Shown here: positions 1 through 8,753 of the stretch, piece after piece | How the letters are laid out: every line of letters starts with the position of its first letter | Position numbering within the stretch: the first letter of the stretch is position 1 | The notes under the pieces: generated by a model | Told to the model about the DNA's origin: nothing | What the model saw: the letters and a program-made list of their open reading frames with translations, nothing else | Databases searched by the model: none | Source: an uncultured Gemmatimonadales bacterium | GTDB taxonomy: Bacteria > Gemmatimonadota > Glassbacteria > GWA2-58-10 | Assembly (NCBI GenBank): GCA_964473155.1 | Contig: CAYYNT010000014.1 | Location: 1,041 to 65,040, forward strand | Length of the DNA stretch: 64,000 nt | Direction: 5' to 3' | Program-made: the position numbers and the translations under genes

Positions 1-79
1 GCTGAAACTCCACGATCGCGAACAGGTCCCCATCTATTTCGAGGACCATGCCGTTTCTGAAATCCGCTGTACTGGCCAA
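1..79 (-). CDS. efp: Elongation factor P, N-terminal part (runs off left edge)
   Basis: Not in the ORF track. Minus strand reads AGGAGG then TTG GCC AGT ACA GCG GAT TTC AGA AAC GGC ATG = (M)ASTADFRNGMVLEIDGDLFAIVEFQ, the EF-P N-terminus. Confidence 0.9.
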   Translation of the reverse strand, partial: MASTADFRNGMVLEIDGDLFAIVEFQ

Positions 80-205
80 GGAAGCCTCCTTAATTATTTC
101 CCTGATTATTCTGTTACACCCTAAATCCAGTCCGGCGCTCAGTCCCGTCATATATCAGGGACTTCAAAGCGCCGGATCGAGTCACCGTTGCAACTGACTT
201 GAATC

Positions 206-640
206 TTATCCTTCAAGACGGTCAAGCAGGCCTTCCAGGGCCAGTTCATAACCCCGGGCCCCGAAGCCGCTGAGCACGGCCACGGCCTTATCCGAAAGAT
301 AGGACACGCGCCTGAAATCCTCGCGGGCAAACACGTTGGACAGATGCACTTCCACATACGGCAGGGCCACCGCCGCCAGCGCGTCGCGTATCGCCACGCT
401 GGTGTGCGTATATGCCCCGGCGTTGATGATTATTCCATGAACCCGTCCGGCCAGCGATTGGATATGGTCAACCAGCATCCCTTCCCCGTTGGACTGGAAG
501 AAACTCAGTTCACACCGCCCGCCGAAACGATTACGCAAGGCCTTCTCAATCTCTGCCAGGGAAGCTTTTCCGTAGATTCCCGGTTCACGGCTTCCCAGCA
601 GATTCAGATTGGGGCCGTTGATCACCGCTATCGCTTTCAT
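206..640 (-). CDS. aroQ: Type II 3-dehydroquinate dehydratase
   Basis: [35 protein letters not shown] and EVHLSN motifs. Confidence 0.97.
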   Translation of the reverse strand: MKAIAVINGPNLNLLGSREPGIYGKASLAEIEKALRNRFGGRCELSFFQSNGEGMLVDHIQSLAGRVHGIIINAGAYTHTSVAIRDALAAVALPYVEVHLSNVFAREDFRRVSYLSDKAVAVLSGFGARGYELALEGLLDRLEG

Positions 641-1551
641 CCGGCCTCCAGAAGTCTGAGTCCCTTGATCCAGCGTTCGAACATATTGATAAAAGAACCG
701 GCCCCGGAGGACTGCATCTGCTCCGGCAGCGGAGATTCCCGGCCCTCCAGCACGGAGGCGAAAATGCGGTCGATCCGCCTGTCCATGCTCAGTTCCTCAT
801 CTGCCGCCTGCCGGTCCTGCGGTACGGTTTCTTCCTCAGCAGCGGCAGCATCCGGAATTTCCGCCGCCGCAATCCCGGCTCCGGCAGGCTCCGCTTTCCC
901 CTCTGCGGCGGTTTCGTGCGGAACCGGGCTGGTCTTTTTCTGCTTCAGGCGCGCTGTTACATCTTCCAGCTTGACCGCCAGTGAAGGATCTTCCGGGAAC
1001 CGGTCGAGCAGATGGCTGTAAACCTCGTAAGCGCGCTGATAATGCCCTTGAAGCCGGTAGAGATCACCGAGCGTATGCGTGATAAAAACCTCTCCAGAAC
1101 CGCCGCCGTATTGTTCTTCTTCCGCGTCGGCCGCGCCGCTCCCTGGCAACTGCCCGTCGAGGTCTTTCAGAACCGCGGCCAGTGTCTCATCTTCCGGCTC
1201 AAGAGCCAGCGCGCGGCTGAGATAATCTCCGGCACGGTCCTTTTCTCCCTCATCCAGGGAGATTTGCCCAAGAGTGCGAAGGGCTTCGAGGTTATTCTCA
1301 TCCTCCGAAAGGACGCCTTCCAGAACCTCACGCGCCTGGTGGTGACTGCCGAGTCCGGCCAGACACTTACCCAGGAGAACCCTTGCACTGGTGAAATCCG
1401 GGTAGCTTTCCAGACCCTGGCTGCATATCTGGACCGCGCGCTCCAGTTCACCGGCCCTGCGCAGAGCATCGGCCAGCGGCAGAAACAGCCTGGACTCCGG
1501 AGCATCCGCAAAACGCTGTTCGAGTTCCCGGATTTCCTGTTCGAGCGCCAT
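637..1551 (-). CDS. Tetratricopeptide repeat protein
   Basis: Several TPR-like helices ([42 protein letters not shown]), acidic linker, 4-bp overlap with aroQ. Confidence 0.85.
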   Translation of the reverse strand: MALEQEIRELEQRFADAPESRLFLPLADALRRAGELERAVQICSQGLESYPDFTSARVLLGKCLAGLGSHHQAREVLEGVLSEDENNLEALRTLGQISLDEGEKDRAGDYLSRALALEPEDETLAAVLKDLDGQLPGSGAADAEEEQYGGGSGEVFITHTLGDLYRLQGHYQRAYEVYSHLLDRFPEDPSLAVKLEDVTARLKQKKTSPVPHETAAEGKAEPAGAGIAAAEIPDAAAAEEETVPQDRQAADEELSMDRRIDRIFASVLEGRESPLPEQMQSSGAGSFINMFERWIKGLRLLEAG

Positions 1552-1706
1552 GACCTCATTCCTGTCTCTGAAACCGTGAGACCGCCCCGCTCAAGAAAAA
1601 GCCTGTTCCACGTATTAACTATACATAATAGCCACCACCATCTTATCTGTCAATGCTTTAATCGTTTTGCACCTTCGCGCGAAGGTCCGGAAAATACAGT
1701 TTGTAC

Positions 1707-1734
1707 TTGCCTTTTTGTTTATCGTTCTTATATT
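1707..1734 (+). promoter_or_regulatory. Candidate sigma70-type promoter upstream of ppiD leader
   Basis: TTGCCT-N16-TATATT in an AT-rich divergent intergenic region. Confidence 0.4.
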
Positions 1735-1763
1735 AGGAGGTTTAGTCAAACAGTCAAATCGAG

Positions 1764-1851
1764 AAATCCTTTTCCTCGCCGGACCGTGAAGCGAATCCGC
1801 ACCGTCCTGGAATCCGGCGGATAACCCCACGGCGTGTCCGGAAAAGGATTT
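1764..1851. other. Long imperfect hairpin (candidate structured RNA or 5' leader)
   Basis: Perfect 12-bp IR aaatccttttcc (1764-1775) / ggaaaaggattt (1840-1851) enclosing nested ggac/gtcc, cgtg/cacg and atccgc/gcggat pairings. Confidence 0.5.
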
Positions 1852-1890
1852 AATTAAGTCATACAACAAACCAGCAAGGGTCTACCAGCC

Positions 1891-3795
1891 ATGATGCAGA
1901 CATTCCGCAACAACATGAAGGTTATCTTTTTCGTTCTGATTTTCTTTTTCGTAGGCTGGATGGCCGTCACCCTGACCGGTCTGGACGAATACCTGATACA
2001 GCAGAACAGGCAGGATTACCGCGGAATCAAGTATGCTGGTTCCGTGGGCGATGAAAAGATTGACCGTCAGCTCTACAATGACCGTCTTCGCCTGGCTATA
2101 CAGAGAGTCAGCAGCCAGCGAAGCAGCGGCGGCCTTTCCTCCTGGGAAGTGGAACAGCTCAGTGAGCAGGTCTGGTCTGAGATGGTCAGCGATGTGATCA
2201 TGGGCAAGGAACTCTCCAGCCGGAAAATCGGGGTCACGGATGGTGAAGTGGTGGAGTACATACGCACCAATCCCCTGCCCGAGCTGATGCAGGAACCGGC
2301 CCTGCAGACTGATGGACGGTTCGATTACGACAAGTATATGTCCGCCCTGGCTGATCCGCGCATGGCTCCGCTGGTGTCGGAACTGGAACTGGACGCCCGG
2401 AGCAAGATACCCAATTTCAAGCTCTTCATGGAAGTGGCCTCGCTTTACAAGCTCACGGACAATGAGCTGAAGCTCAATTACAAGGCCGCCGAGGAAAAAG
2501 CCACTGTCGAATACGTGCGTTTCGCCACCGATTCCCTGGTTCAGGATTCCGAAGCGCCGGTCAGCGATGAGGAAATCCGGAAATACTATGACGAGCACAA
2601 AGACAATTTCAGGCGTCCCGACCTGGCCTCGATATCTCTGGCGCTGCTGCCAATCCTGCCCGGCAGCAAGGACACCGCGCAGGTGCGCGACACTCTGCTT
2701 GCGGTCCTCGAAAGGTTCAAAAAAGGCGAATCCTGGGACAGCCTGACCCTGCAATATTCACAGGACCCGTTCGCTTCCAGCGGCGGCGATCTGGGATGGT
2801 TCGCCAAAGGCGATATTCAGGACAGCCTGATGTCCGGGATAGCCTTCACTATGAAACCGGGCGAAATCAGCGCTCCGGTCTTTGGAACCGACGGCATTTT
2901 TATCCTGCGTCTCGACAGTGTCAAGACTGTCGAGGGCGTCAAGCGCGTGCGTGCCCGCCGCATAGCCCGCATGATAAGCCCATCGCCCGAGCAGGTCAAC
3001 CAGGTGCGCACCCGCGCCCGCACGCTGCGCAATCTTATGCGGCGTGAAGGCGGAAGCTTCGAGGCCGTGGCTGCCGACAGCGCGCTGAACGTCCAGAACA
3101 GCGGAACGTTCGTTATCGGCGGACAGATACCGGGGGTCCAGGCCGGACGCGAGCTTATGGACTATGTATACGGATCCACCGCCGGAGCGATAAGCTATCC
3201 GATATCAGTCGGGTACGCCGGAAAAGAATGCGTAGCCCTGATCAAAGTCATCGAGCGGGTCGAAAGCGGAACCGTGCCCTTCGAGGATGCCGCCACCGCT
3301 ATCCGCGCCCAGCTCGCCCGCGAAAAGAAAATACCTCTGGCCGAGAAAAAAGCCCGTGAACTGATGACAGATTACGCTCAGTTCACGAGCCTCAGAGATT
3401 TCGCCGCGGCAAAGGGCCTTTCACTCGAAATCTCGCCCGAGTTCACCCGTCTCACCGGGTTGACCGGCGTGGGACGCAGCAACGCATTTGTCGGCACTGC
3501 TTTCGGTCTGCCGGTCGGAGTCAAGAGCGACCTGGTCGAGACCGGCGGCAACTATTACCTCCTGCAGGTTCTCAGCCGCACTGAAGCTGATATGAGCGCT
3601 TTTGAACAGGCCAGGGAAAATCTGAAGCAGCAGCTTGCAGGACAGAGAATGCAAAACCTCTATACTTTGTACAGCGGCGAGTTGTTTGAAAAAACAAAAA
3701 TAGAGGATCTCAGAAAAGTGGAAATGGATTCGACCGCCGCCAGAAAGCAGGCCGAAGCCCAGAAAAAGCAGTCCGATCTCAACCTGATCCAGTAG
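1891..3795 (+). CDS. PpiD/SurA-like periplasmic chaperone and peptidyl-prolyl isomerase
   Basis: N-terminal membrane anchor, SurA-N-like region, parvulin motif YSQDPFASSGGDLGWF; 634 aa. Confidence 0.88.
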   Translation: MMQTFRNNMKVIFFVLIFFFVGWMAVTLTGLDEYLIQQNRQDYRGIKYAGSVGDEKIDRQLYNDRLRLAIQRVSSQRSSGGLSSWEVEQLSEQVWSEMVSDVIMGKELSSRKIGVTDGEVVEYIRTNPLPELMQEPALQTDGRFDYDKYMSALADPRMAPLVSELELDARSKIPNFKLFMEVASLYKLTDNELKLNYKAAEEKATVEYVRFATDSLVQDSEAPVSDEEIRKYYDEHKDNFRRPDLASISLALLPILPGSKDTAQVRDTLLAVLERFKKGESWDSLTLQYSQDPFASSGGDLGWFAKGDIQDSLMSGIAFTMKPGEISAPVFGTDGIFILRLDSVKTVEGVKRVRARRIARMISPSPEQVNQVRTRARTLRNLMRREGGSFEAVAADSALNVQNSGTFVIGGQIPGVQAGRELMDYVYGSTAGAISYPISVGYAGKECVALIKVIERVESGTVPFEDAATAIRAQLAREKKIPLAEKKARELMTDYAQFTSLRDFAAAKGLSLEISPEFTRLTGLTGVGRSNAFVGTAFGLPVGVKSDLVETGGNYYLLQVLSRTEADMSAFEQARENLKQQLAGQRMQNLYTLYSGELFEKTKIEDLRKVEMDSTAARKQAEAQKKQSDLNLIQ

Positions 3796-3821
3796 GCCGG
3801 TAAAATCGCGGAGCGTGGCGG

Positions 3822-4754
3822 ATGGATGCGTTCTATTACAAGAACCTTCTTGATAACCTGTACGATGCCATCTACTGCGTTGACCTGGGCAGAAAGATCA
3901 TTTTCTGGAACAAAGCCGCCGAAGCCATGACCGGCTATACGGAAGAGGAAGCGATGGGCAAGGTGTCGTGCATCCAGGTGCGGATGCACGACAAGGCCGA
4001 GGGCGAGGGTGAATGCCTGAGCGCCTGCCTGGTCGAGCAGACTCTTGTCGATGGCAAGCCGCGTGAGTTTGATTGTTTCATCACCAACCGCAATGGCCGC
4101 AGGATTCCGGTGTCAGCCAGGGTCAGCCCGATCCAGGGCCCGGACTCGAACATCATCGGCGCCGTTCAGATTTTCCGCGACAATACGGCCCGGATCGCCA
4201 CACAGCAGGTGATCGAAAAACTCAAGACCCTGGCGATGCTCGATCCGCTCACCGGTCTGGCCAACCGTCGTTATATCGAGAAACTGGTCGAAGCCAAAGC
4301 CGATGAACTGCGCCGCTACGGCTTGCGATTCGGGCTGCTTTTCATCGACATAGACCATTTCAAAAGCATCAACGACCGATACGGACATGACGCGGGAGAC
4401 AAAGTCCTCTGGAGCGTCTCGCGCTGCATGTCTTCGAATATCCGCGCCTCCGATATACTGGGACGCTGGGGCGGGGAGGAATTCATCGCTCTGATCCTCA
4501 ACGTGTCGCAGGAAAAACTGGCCCAGGTGGCGGAAAAAATACGCCAGCGTGTCGCGGATGATATTATCACCTCCAACGGCGACTCTCTCCGGGTGACTGT
4601 CTCGATCGGCGGGGTGCTGGCCGAGCCGTCGCCGGGAGCCGATATAGACCGGGAAAGGCTTACGCGCCGCGCGGATGAGCTGATGTACGAAAGCAAGAAA
4701 ACCGGCCGGAACAAGGTGATAATCGAGCGGTTTGGGTTTGATCCGAAAGGATAA
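3822..4754 (+). CDS. PAS-domain diguanylate cyclase
   Basis: PAS (FWNKAAEAMTGY), DPLTGLANRR, DIDHFKSINDRYGHDAGD, active site GGEEF with I-site RASD five residues upstream. Confidence 0.95.
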   Translation: MDAFYYKNLLDNLYDAIYCVDLGRKIIFWNKAAEAMTGYTEEEAMGKVSCIQVRMHDKAEGEGECLSACLVEQTLVDGKPREFDCFITNRNGRRIPVSARVSPIQGPDSNIIGAVQIFRDNTARIATQQVIEKLKTLAMLDPLTGLANRRYIEKLVEAKADELRRYGLRFGLLFIDIDHFKSINDRYGHDAGDKVLWSVSRCMSSNIRASDILGRWGGEEFIALILNVSQEKLAQVAEKIRQRVADDIITSNGDSLRVTVSIGGVLAEPSPGADIDRERLTRRADELMYESKKTGRNKVIIERFGFDPKG

Positions 4755-4800
4755 CCAGCGGCTTTTGAAACATGCAGATTGATATTCGCTGACATTTCCG

Positions 4801-4833
4801 GGGGGCGCGGTTATCCGTGCCCTTTATTTTTTT
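4801..4833 (+). terminator. REP-like hairpin followed by T-run, probable terminator of the cyclase gene
   Basis: gggggcgcgg-ttat-ccgtgccc then tttatttttttg; resembles the hairpin at 27132-27153. Confidence 0.55.
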
Positions 4834-4854
4834 GTCTGTATCCCCCAAAAAACC

Positions 4855-4983
4855 GGGGCCGTCCCAAAAGACCTTGCTTTTATTCTTTGTGAATCGTTGC
4901 AAAATCCAACGCGCGCAAAGAAATCATTCCTATAGAAATGACCGGCCGGTCACCCCTAAAAGGAAGGCTTATGGGACGTCCTG
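4855..4983. mobile_element. Decayed 129-bp MITE-like element, copy 1
   Basis: Ends ggggccgtcccaaaa / ttatgggacgtcctg; same length as 9889-10017 and about two-thirds identical over the first 41 internal bases by manual alignment; internal palindrome tgaccggccggtca (4939-4952). Confidence 0.6.
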
Positions 4984-5042
4984 ACAAGTCGATTGACGCC
5001 GCATTTCGAACCTCCCTCCACATCTGATCCGGAGGGCCGGTA

Positions 5043-5315
5043 TCAGATAAAGGACCGGAAAATGTAAAACGCGGCGAAAAGTCCCAGTACGCTCACCAGG
5101 TTTATTTTCAATACCAGCGGCCCCACGGTCAGCGCTATCAGAATCAGGTCGATCGAAACAGGCCCGAACTTTCCCACAACCGAGGTCAGGAAAAAGTCCT
5201 TCGCCACACCGTCCGGCATTATCGTGGACAGGAACTCACCCATGTAACCGCCCAGCAACATGCCTGTGATCAGGACGATACAGTATACGGCAAATTGCTT
5301 GCGCTGATGTTGCAA
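5043..5315 (-). CDS. Small membrane protein, DUF4321-like
   Basis: TTG start at 5315 behind AGGAGG; ...GMLLGGYMGEFL...GPVSIDLILIALTVG...KINLVSVLG pattern. Confidence 0.75.
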   Translation of the reverse strand: MQHQRKQFAVYCIVLITGMLLGGYMGEFLSTIMPDGVAKDFFLTSVVGKFGPVSIDLILIALTVGPLVLKINLVSVLGLFAAFYIFRSFI

Positions 5316-5346
5316 TTGATCCTCCTGGCCTGCGCCGTATAATCTT

Positions 5347-5967
5347 TCAGCTCCGCTCGACCCGCGCCGCGTTATCCTGACCGTTGTGCAACCGGCCGGA
5401 AGCCAGCAACGGTATCCGTCGGCAGAGATAGTACGAACATATGCCGGTGAAGCAGCCGAATACGAGACTGAAAACAACCACCAGCGGCCAGAGCAGGCCA
5501 ACTACTCCGCTGTCGGCCATGGCCGCTCCGACCAGAAGAAGTTGCGTGAAATTATGAGCCAGCGCCCCGGCCAGACTCACACCCACAAACCCGATCCAGG
5601 GCATCAGCCAAAGAGCCAGAGGCAGCATTACAAGGAATGACAGCATCCCGCCGCCGAAACTCAGCATGAAAAACGGCGTGAACAGCCCGCCCCGGAACAC
5701 CCCGCTGATAATAAGACGCATCACATGCACGGCGAGGGCTTCGCGCCAGCCCGCAGAGATCAGCAGGCTCAGAGTGACAATGTTGGCCAGTCCCAGCTTG
5801 ATCCAGGGCACCGGTTTCGGTATCAGAGCATCCAGCACGAACAGCACCAGCTCGAAAACGGTGGCCATGGCCACCAGGCTCAAGACCTCGGTGCGCCGTC
5901 TGACTCCCGGCAAGTCGCGCGCCGGATCGTAATAAACCGCCGCGGCGGCGTCCAGTGACTGCAACAT
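5347..5967 (-). CDS. Gx transporter family / heptaprenyl diphosphate synthase component I
   Basis: IPKPVPWIKLGLANIVTL, FMLSFGGGMLSF, GVSLAGALAHNFTQL; ATG 5967 with AGGAGA RBS. Confidence 0.88.
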   Translation of the reverse strand: MLQSLDAAAAVYYDPARDLPGVRRRTEVLSLVAMATVFELVLFVLDALIPKPVPWIKLGLANIVTLSLLISAGWREALAVHVMRLIISGVFRGGLFTPFFMLSFGGGMLSFLVMLPLALWLMPWIGFVGVSLAGALAHNFTQLLLVGAAMADSGVVGLLWPLVVVFSLVFGCFTGICSYYLCRRIPLLASGRLHNGQDNAARVERS

Positions 5968-5975
5968 CTTATCTC

Positions 5976-6386
5976 CTAACGGCTGAGAGCGTCCATACCG
6001 GTTGCTGCGCCACCTGTGCCGTCCGCCCGTTCCAAACGGGCCAGCACGCGATTCGGCGCGCATACTATCGCCCCTCCAGCGCGCCGCACCCAGCCGGTCT
6101 TTTCACAGATATGCGACGGGCAGTGTGAGTCCTCGAATTTAATCGCCCCGCCGGACACCACAACTGTAATATCGCCAAGAGCGCCCCGAACGCAGAGCGT
6201 GGTATCGGCTCCCAGGCCCAGCCGGGCCACCTCGCGGTTATCGGCCTGGATAACCGCCACGAGCGGTCCGCTCTGAGAACCTGACAGACCGTGGCGGTAG
6301 AAGCCGGCAGAAAAAACCACGACAATCAGCACCAGTATCAGATCGAGGAAAGTGAACAGTGGCGGCAGCCTGAAAGATTCACGCAT
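5976..6386 (-). CDS. NusG domain II-containing (DUF1312-like) membrane-anchored protein
   Basis: N-terminal TM; SHCPSHICEKTGWVRRAGGAIVCAPNRV = C-P-x2-IC-x3-GW...IVC-x-PN signature. Confidence 0.9.
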   Translation of the reverse strand: MRESFRLPPLFTFLDLILVLIVVVFSAGFYRHGLSGSQSGPLVAVIQADNREVARLGLGADTTLCVRGALGDITVVVSGGAIKFEDSHCPSHICEKTGWVRRAGGAIVCAPNRVLARLERADGTGGAATGMDALSR

Positions 6387-6404
6387 GGTTCCGCTCCACG
6401 CCGC

Positions 6405-7514
6405 TCAGGGCAGCGGCAGACCATCGAGGTCCGGATGCGGCAGATATTTCGAGAAACCGCTGGTGGCGCGCCAGAGCAGTTTCCCATCCTCGGTCCTGCC
6501 ATTTTCGACATAGATCACCAGCCCCTCGCACTTTTCTTTCTCCAGCAGGGCAAGCCCTTTTTCCGGCCCCAGGATGAAAGCCGCCGTGGACATGGCATCC
6601 GCCTCCAGCCCTTTTTCCGTGACCACGGTGATCCCGACCACTCCGCCATTGGCCGGATAGCCGGTTCGGGGATCGAGAATATGATGGTACCGGCGTCCTT
6701 TGTCGACAAAGAACCTCTCATAGTCGCCGGATGTGGCCACGGAAAGCCCCTCGTGCAGGGACAGCGCGCCGATATGGCTGTCCCTGCGGCGCGGATGCTG
6801 CACGCCCACGCGCCATGAAACCCCGTCCGAACCCACTCCCAGCACGCCGATCTCGCCGCCCAGATCGATCAGGGCATTCCTCACTCCGGCCTGGCGCAGC
6901 ACCTCAACCGCCCTGTCGGCGGCATATCCCTTCACGATAGCGCCCAACTCAATGATACCGCACCGCGCTCCCAGGCTCACGCTCCGGCGGTCCGCCGAAA
7001 GCTCCATATCGCGGCTGAGAGAGGTTGAGTCCAGACGGGACTTGATCTCAGACGAGTCCGGGGGATGATTGCGGCGGCGTTCCTCGCTGAATCCCCAGAG
7101 ACGGCTTACATCGCCCAGCGCCGGCTCGAACGCCCCTCCGGTCAAATCCCTGGTGCGCAAGGCCGCCGCCAGGACCACAGACATATCCTCGCTCAACTCC
7201 ACCGGCCCGGAGCCGCCCCGCGAAGCGTTCAACCGGCTGAGTTCGCTTTCCGGGTCATGCGGGTCGAACACCCGGTGCAGCCTGGCGATCTCGTCGCGGG
7301 CCAGATCCGCCAGACGTTTGGCCTCTTCCTTGTCCTGAAGGCGGATTTTCACTGACAGAAGTGTGCCCATGGTAAAACTGTCAAACGACCATGTGCGCAC
7401 CTCAGGCAGAGTTTGAGCGTCATCTCCCGAAGCAAGGTAGCGTATGCCGGCAATCAGTATTACCAACAGAACAGCGGCTACAATCCGGCCTTTCAATTTA
7501 CCTGTCACGTTCAA
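6405..7514 (-). CDS. apbE: FAD:protein FMN transferase (ApbE/FmnB family)
   Basis: TMGT, DPESELSRLN, LGAIVKGYAAD, DLGGEI, VATSGDYERFF, YHHILDPRTGYP, ADAMSTA; N-terminal anchor. Start codon uncertain (7514/7508/7496). Confidence 0.96.
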   Translation of the reverse strand: MNVTGKLKGRIVAAVLLVILIAGIRYLASGDDAQTLPEVRTWSFDSFTMGTLLSVKIRLQDKEEAKRLADLARDEIARLHRVFDPHDPESELSRLNASRGGSGPVELSEDMSVVLAAALRTRDLTGGAFEPALGDVSRLWGFSEERRRNHPPDSSEIKSRLDSTSLSRDMELSADRRSVSLGARCGIIELGAIVKGYAADRAVEVLRQAGVRNALIDLGGEIGVLGVGSDGVSWRVGVQHPRRRDSHIGALSLHEGLSVATSGDYERFFVDKGRRYHHILDPRTGYPANGGVVGITVVTEKGLEADAMSTAAFILGPEKGLALLEKEKCEGLVIYVENGRTEDGKLLWRATSGFSKYLPHPDLDGLPLP

Positions 7515-8508
7515 CTATCAGTTCCACCAGTTCTCTGAGTTTTGCAGTCCTGCCGGCATCCTTAAATTCCCCGGTGACCTCGATGGCCTCGGCGGCCAGG
7601 TCCGAAATCCGGTCTATAGCGTATTCTATGCCGCCGTTATCGATAACCAGCGCCGCCACCCGCTCGGCATCCTCAAGGCTCAACATGTCCTGCCCGGCAA
7701 ATATTCTTTCGATTTCAACGCGGGATACGGGGTCCATTACCTCCAGGGCATGGATAAGGGGCAGAGTCATTTTCTTTTCCCGCAAATCCAGACCTGTCGG
7801 CTTGCCGGTGTCTCCGGCATAGTCCGAGTAATCCAGAAGGTCATCCGTGATCTGGAAGATAGCTCCGAACAGGCTGCCGAAACGTTTCAACGGCTCCATA
7901 TCCCGCCCGTCGCCCACGAGCGCAGCAACCGCGCACGTGGCGCTGAACAGGCTGGAGGTTTTCTCATGCATGAAATTGAAATAATCCTGTTCCGTCGCCG
8001 CGAGGTCGCCTTCCATCGACATTTGACGCATCTCGCCCAGGGCCAGGCAGCGGCAGGCGGCGCTCATCTCGGAGATCACGGCCGGCGAGGCCAGTCCGGC
8101 CAGAGCCTCGAATGCCTGGGCCAGAAGATAATCGCCGATAATTACACTGGTCTTGTGATTCCATTTCGAATTGAGAGTCTCTATACCGCGGCGGTGAGTG
8201 GAACTGTCTATCGAATCATCGTGCACCAGCGAGGCGGTGTGTATTATTTCAACCGCTGCGGCCAGTGAGATCAGAGTGGAATGATCACAGCGTTCGCGGT
8301 CAGCCACCAGAAACATCAGCGTGGGGCGAATCATCTTGCCCGAGCGGCTGAACAGGTGGCCGATTGTCTGGTTGACCGGGGTGAAATCGGCTTGCAGTAT
8401 CCCTTCTATCCGGCTTCTGACATCCTGAAGTTCCCCATCCAAAGGAGCCTGAAGTCTTTCCAGCGCATCAGTCCAGTTTTTCTTCAGGCCGAGCAAGTTC
8501 TCACCCAC
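7498..8508 (-). CDS. Polyprenyl diphosphate synthase (HepT/IspB type)
   Basis: GKMIRP, FARM HDDSID, KTSSLF, SARM FQITDDLLD. GTG 8508 has GGAGG at 7 nt; ORF extends to 8571. Confidence 0.95.
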   Translation of the reverse strand: MGENLLGLKKNWTDALERLQAPLDGELQDVRSRIEGILQADFTPVNQTIGHLFSRSGKMIRPTLMFLVADRERCDHSTLISLAAAVEIIHTASLVHDDSIDSSTHRRGIETLNSKWNHKTSVIIGDYLLAQAFEALAGLASPAVISEMSAACRCLALGEMRQMSMEGDLAATEQDYFNFMHEKTSSLFSATCAVAALVGDGRDMEPLKRFGSLFGAIFQITDDLLDYSDYAGDTGKPTGLDLREKKMTLPLIHALEVMDPVSRVEIERIFAGQDMLSLEDAERVAALVIDNGGIEYAIDRISDLAAEAIEVTGEFKDAGRTAKLRELVELIVERDR

Positions 8509-8576
8509 TCTTGCGCCTCCATCCTTGCCCGGAGAAGGGTTCTCATGTGCCGCCACAGCGATCAACTTCACGATTC

Positions 8577-8605
8577 AAGCTAACATCCGGTCGATTTAAA
8601 GTCAA
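8577..8605 (-). promoter_or_regulatory. Candidate sigma70 promoter for the polyprenyl synthase-apbE operon
   Basis: Minus strand TTGACT-N17-TAGCTT with TG extended -10. Confidence 0.55.
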
Positions 8606-8655
8606 TCAAATCTTGCTGTTACCCGATAACCGGGCCTTCCGCCGAGGGTTAATCA

Positions 8656-8684
8656 TTGACACATTCTCAGCCGTTGGATAAATT
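8656..8684 (+). promoter_or_regulatory. Candidate sigma70 promoter for the ABC permease
   Basis: TTGACA-N17-TAAATT, divergent from the previous promoter. Confidence 0.6.
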
Positions 8685-8753
8685 ATATGTTTATTTTTCT
8701 CTCGTGGCGCCTGCCGCGATCTCCTCGTGATTTCAAACTCCGGAAAAATTTTA

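Noticed and set aside
1764-1851. SRP (4.5S) RNA identity for the hairpin
   Set aside because: No CAGG...GNRA...AGCAG domain IV motif on either strand.
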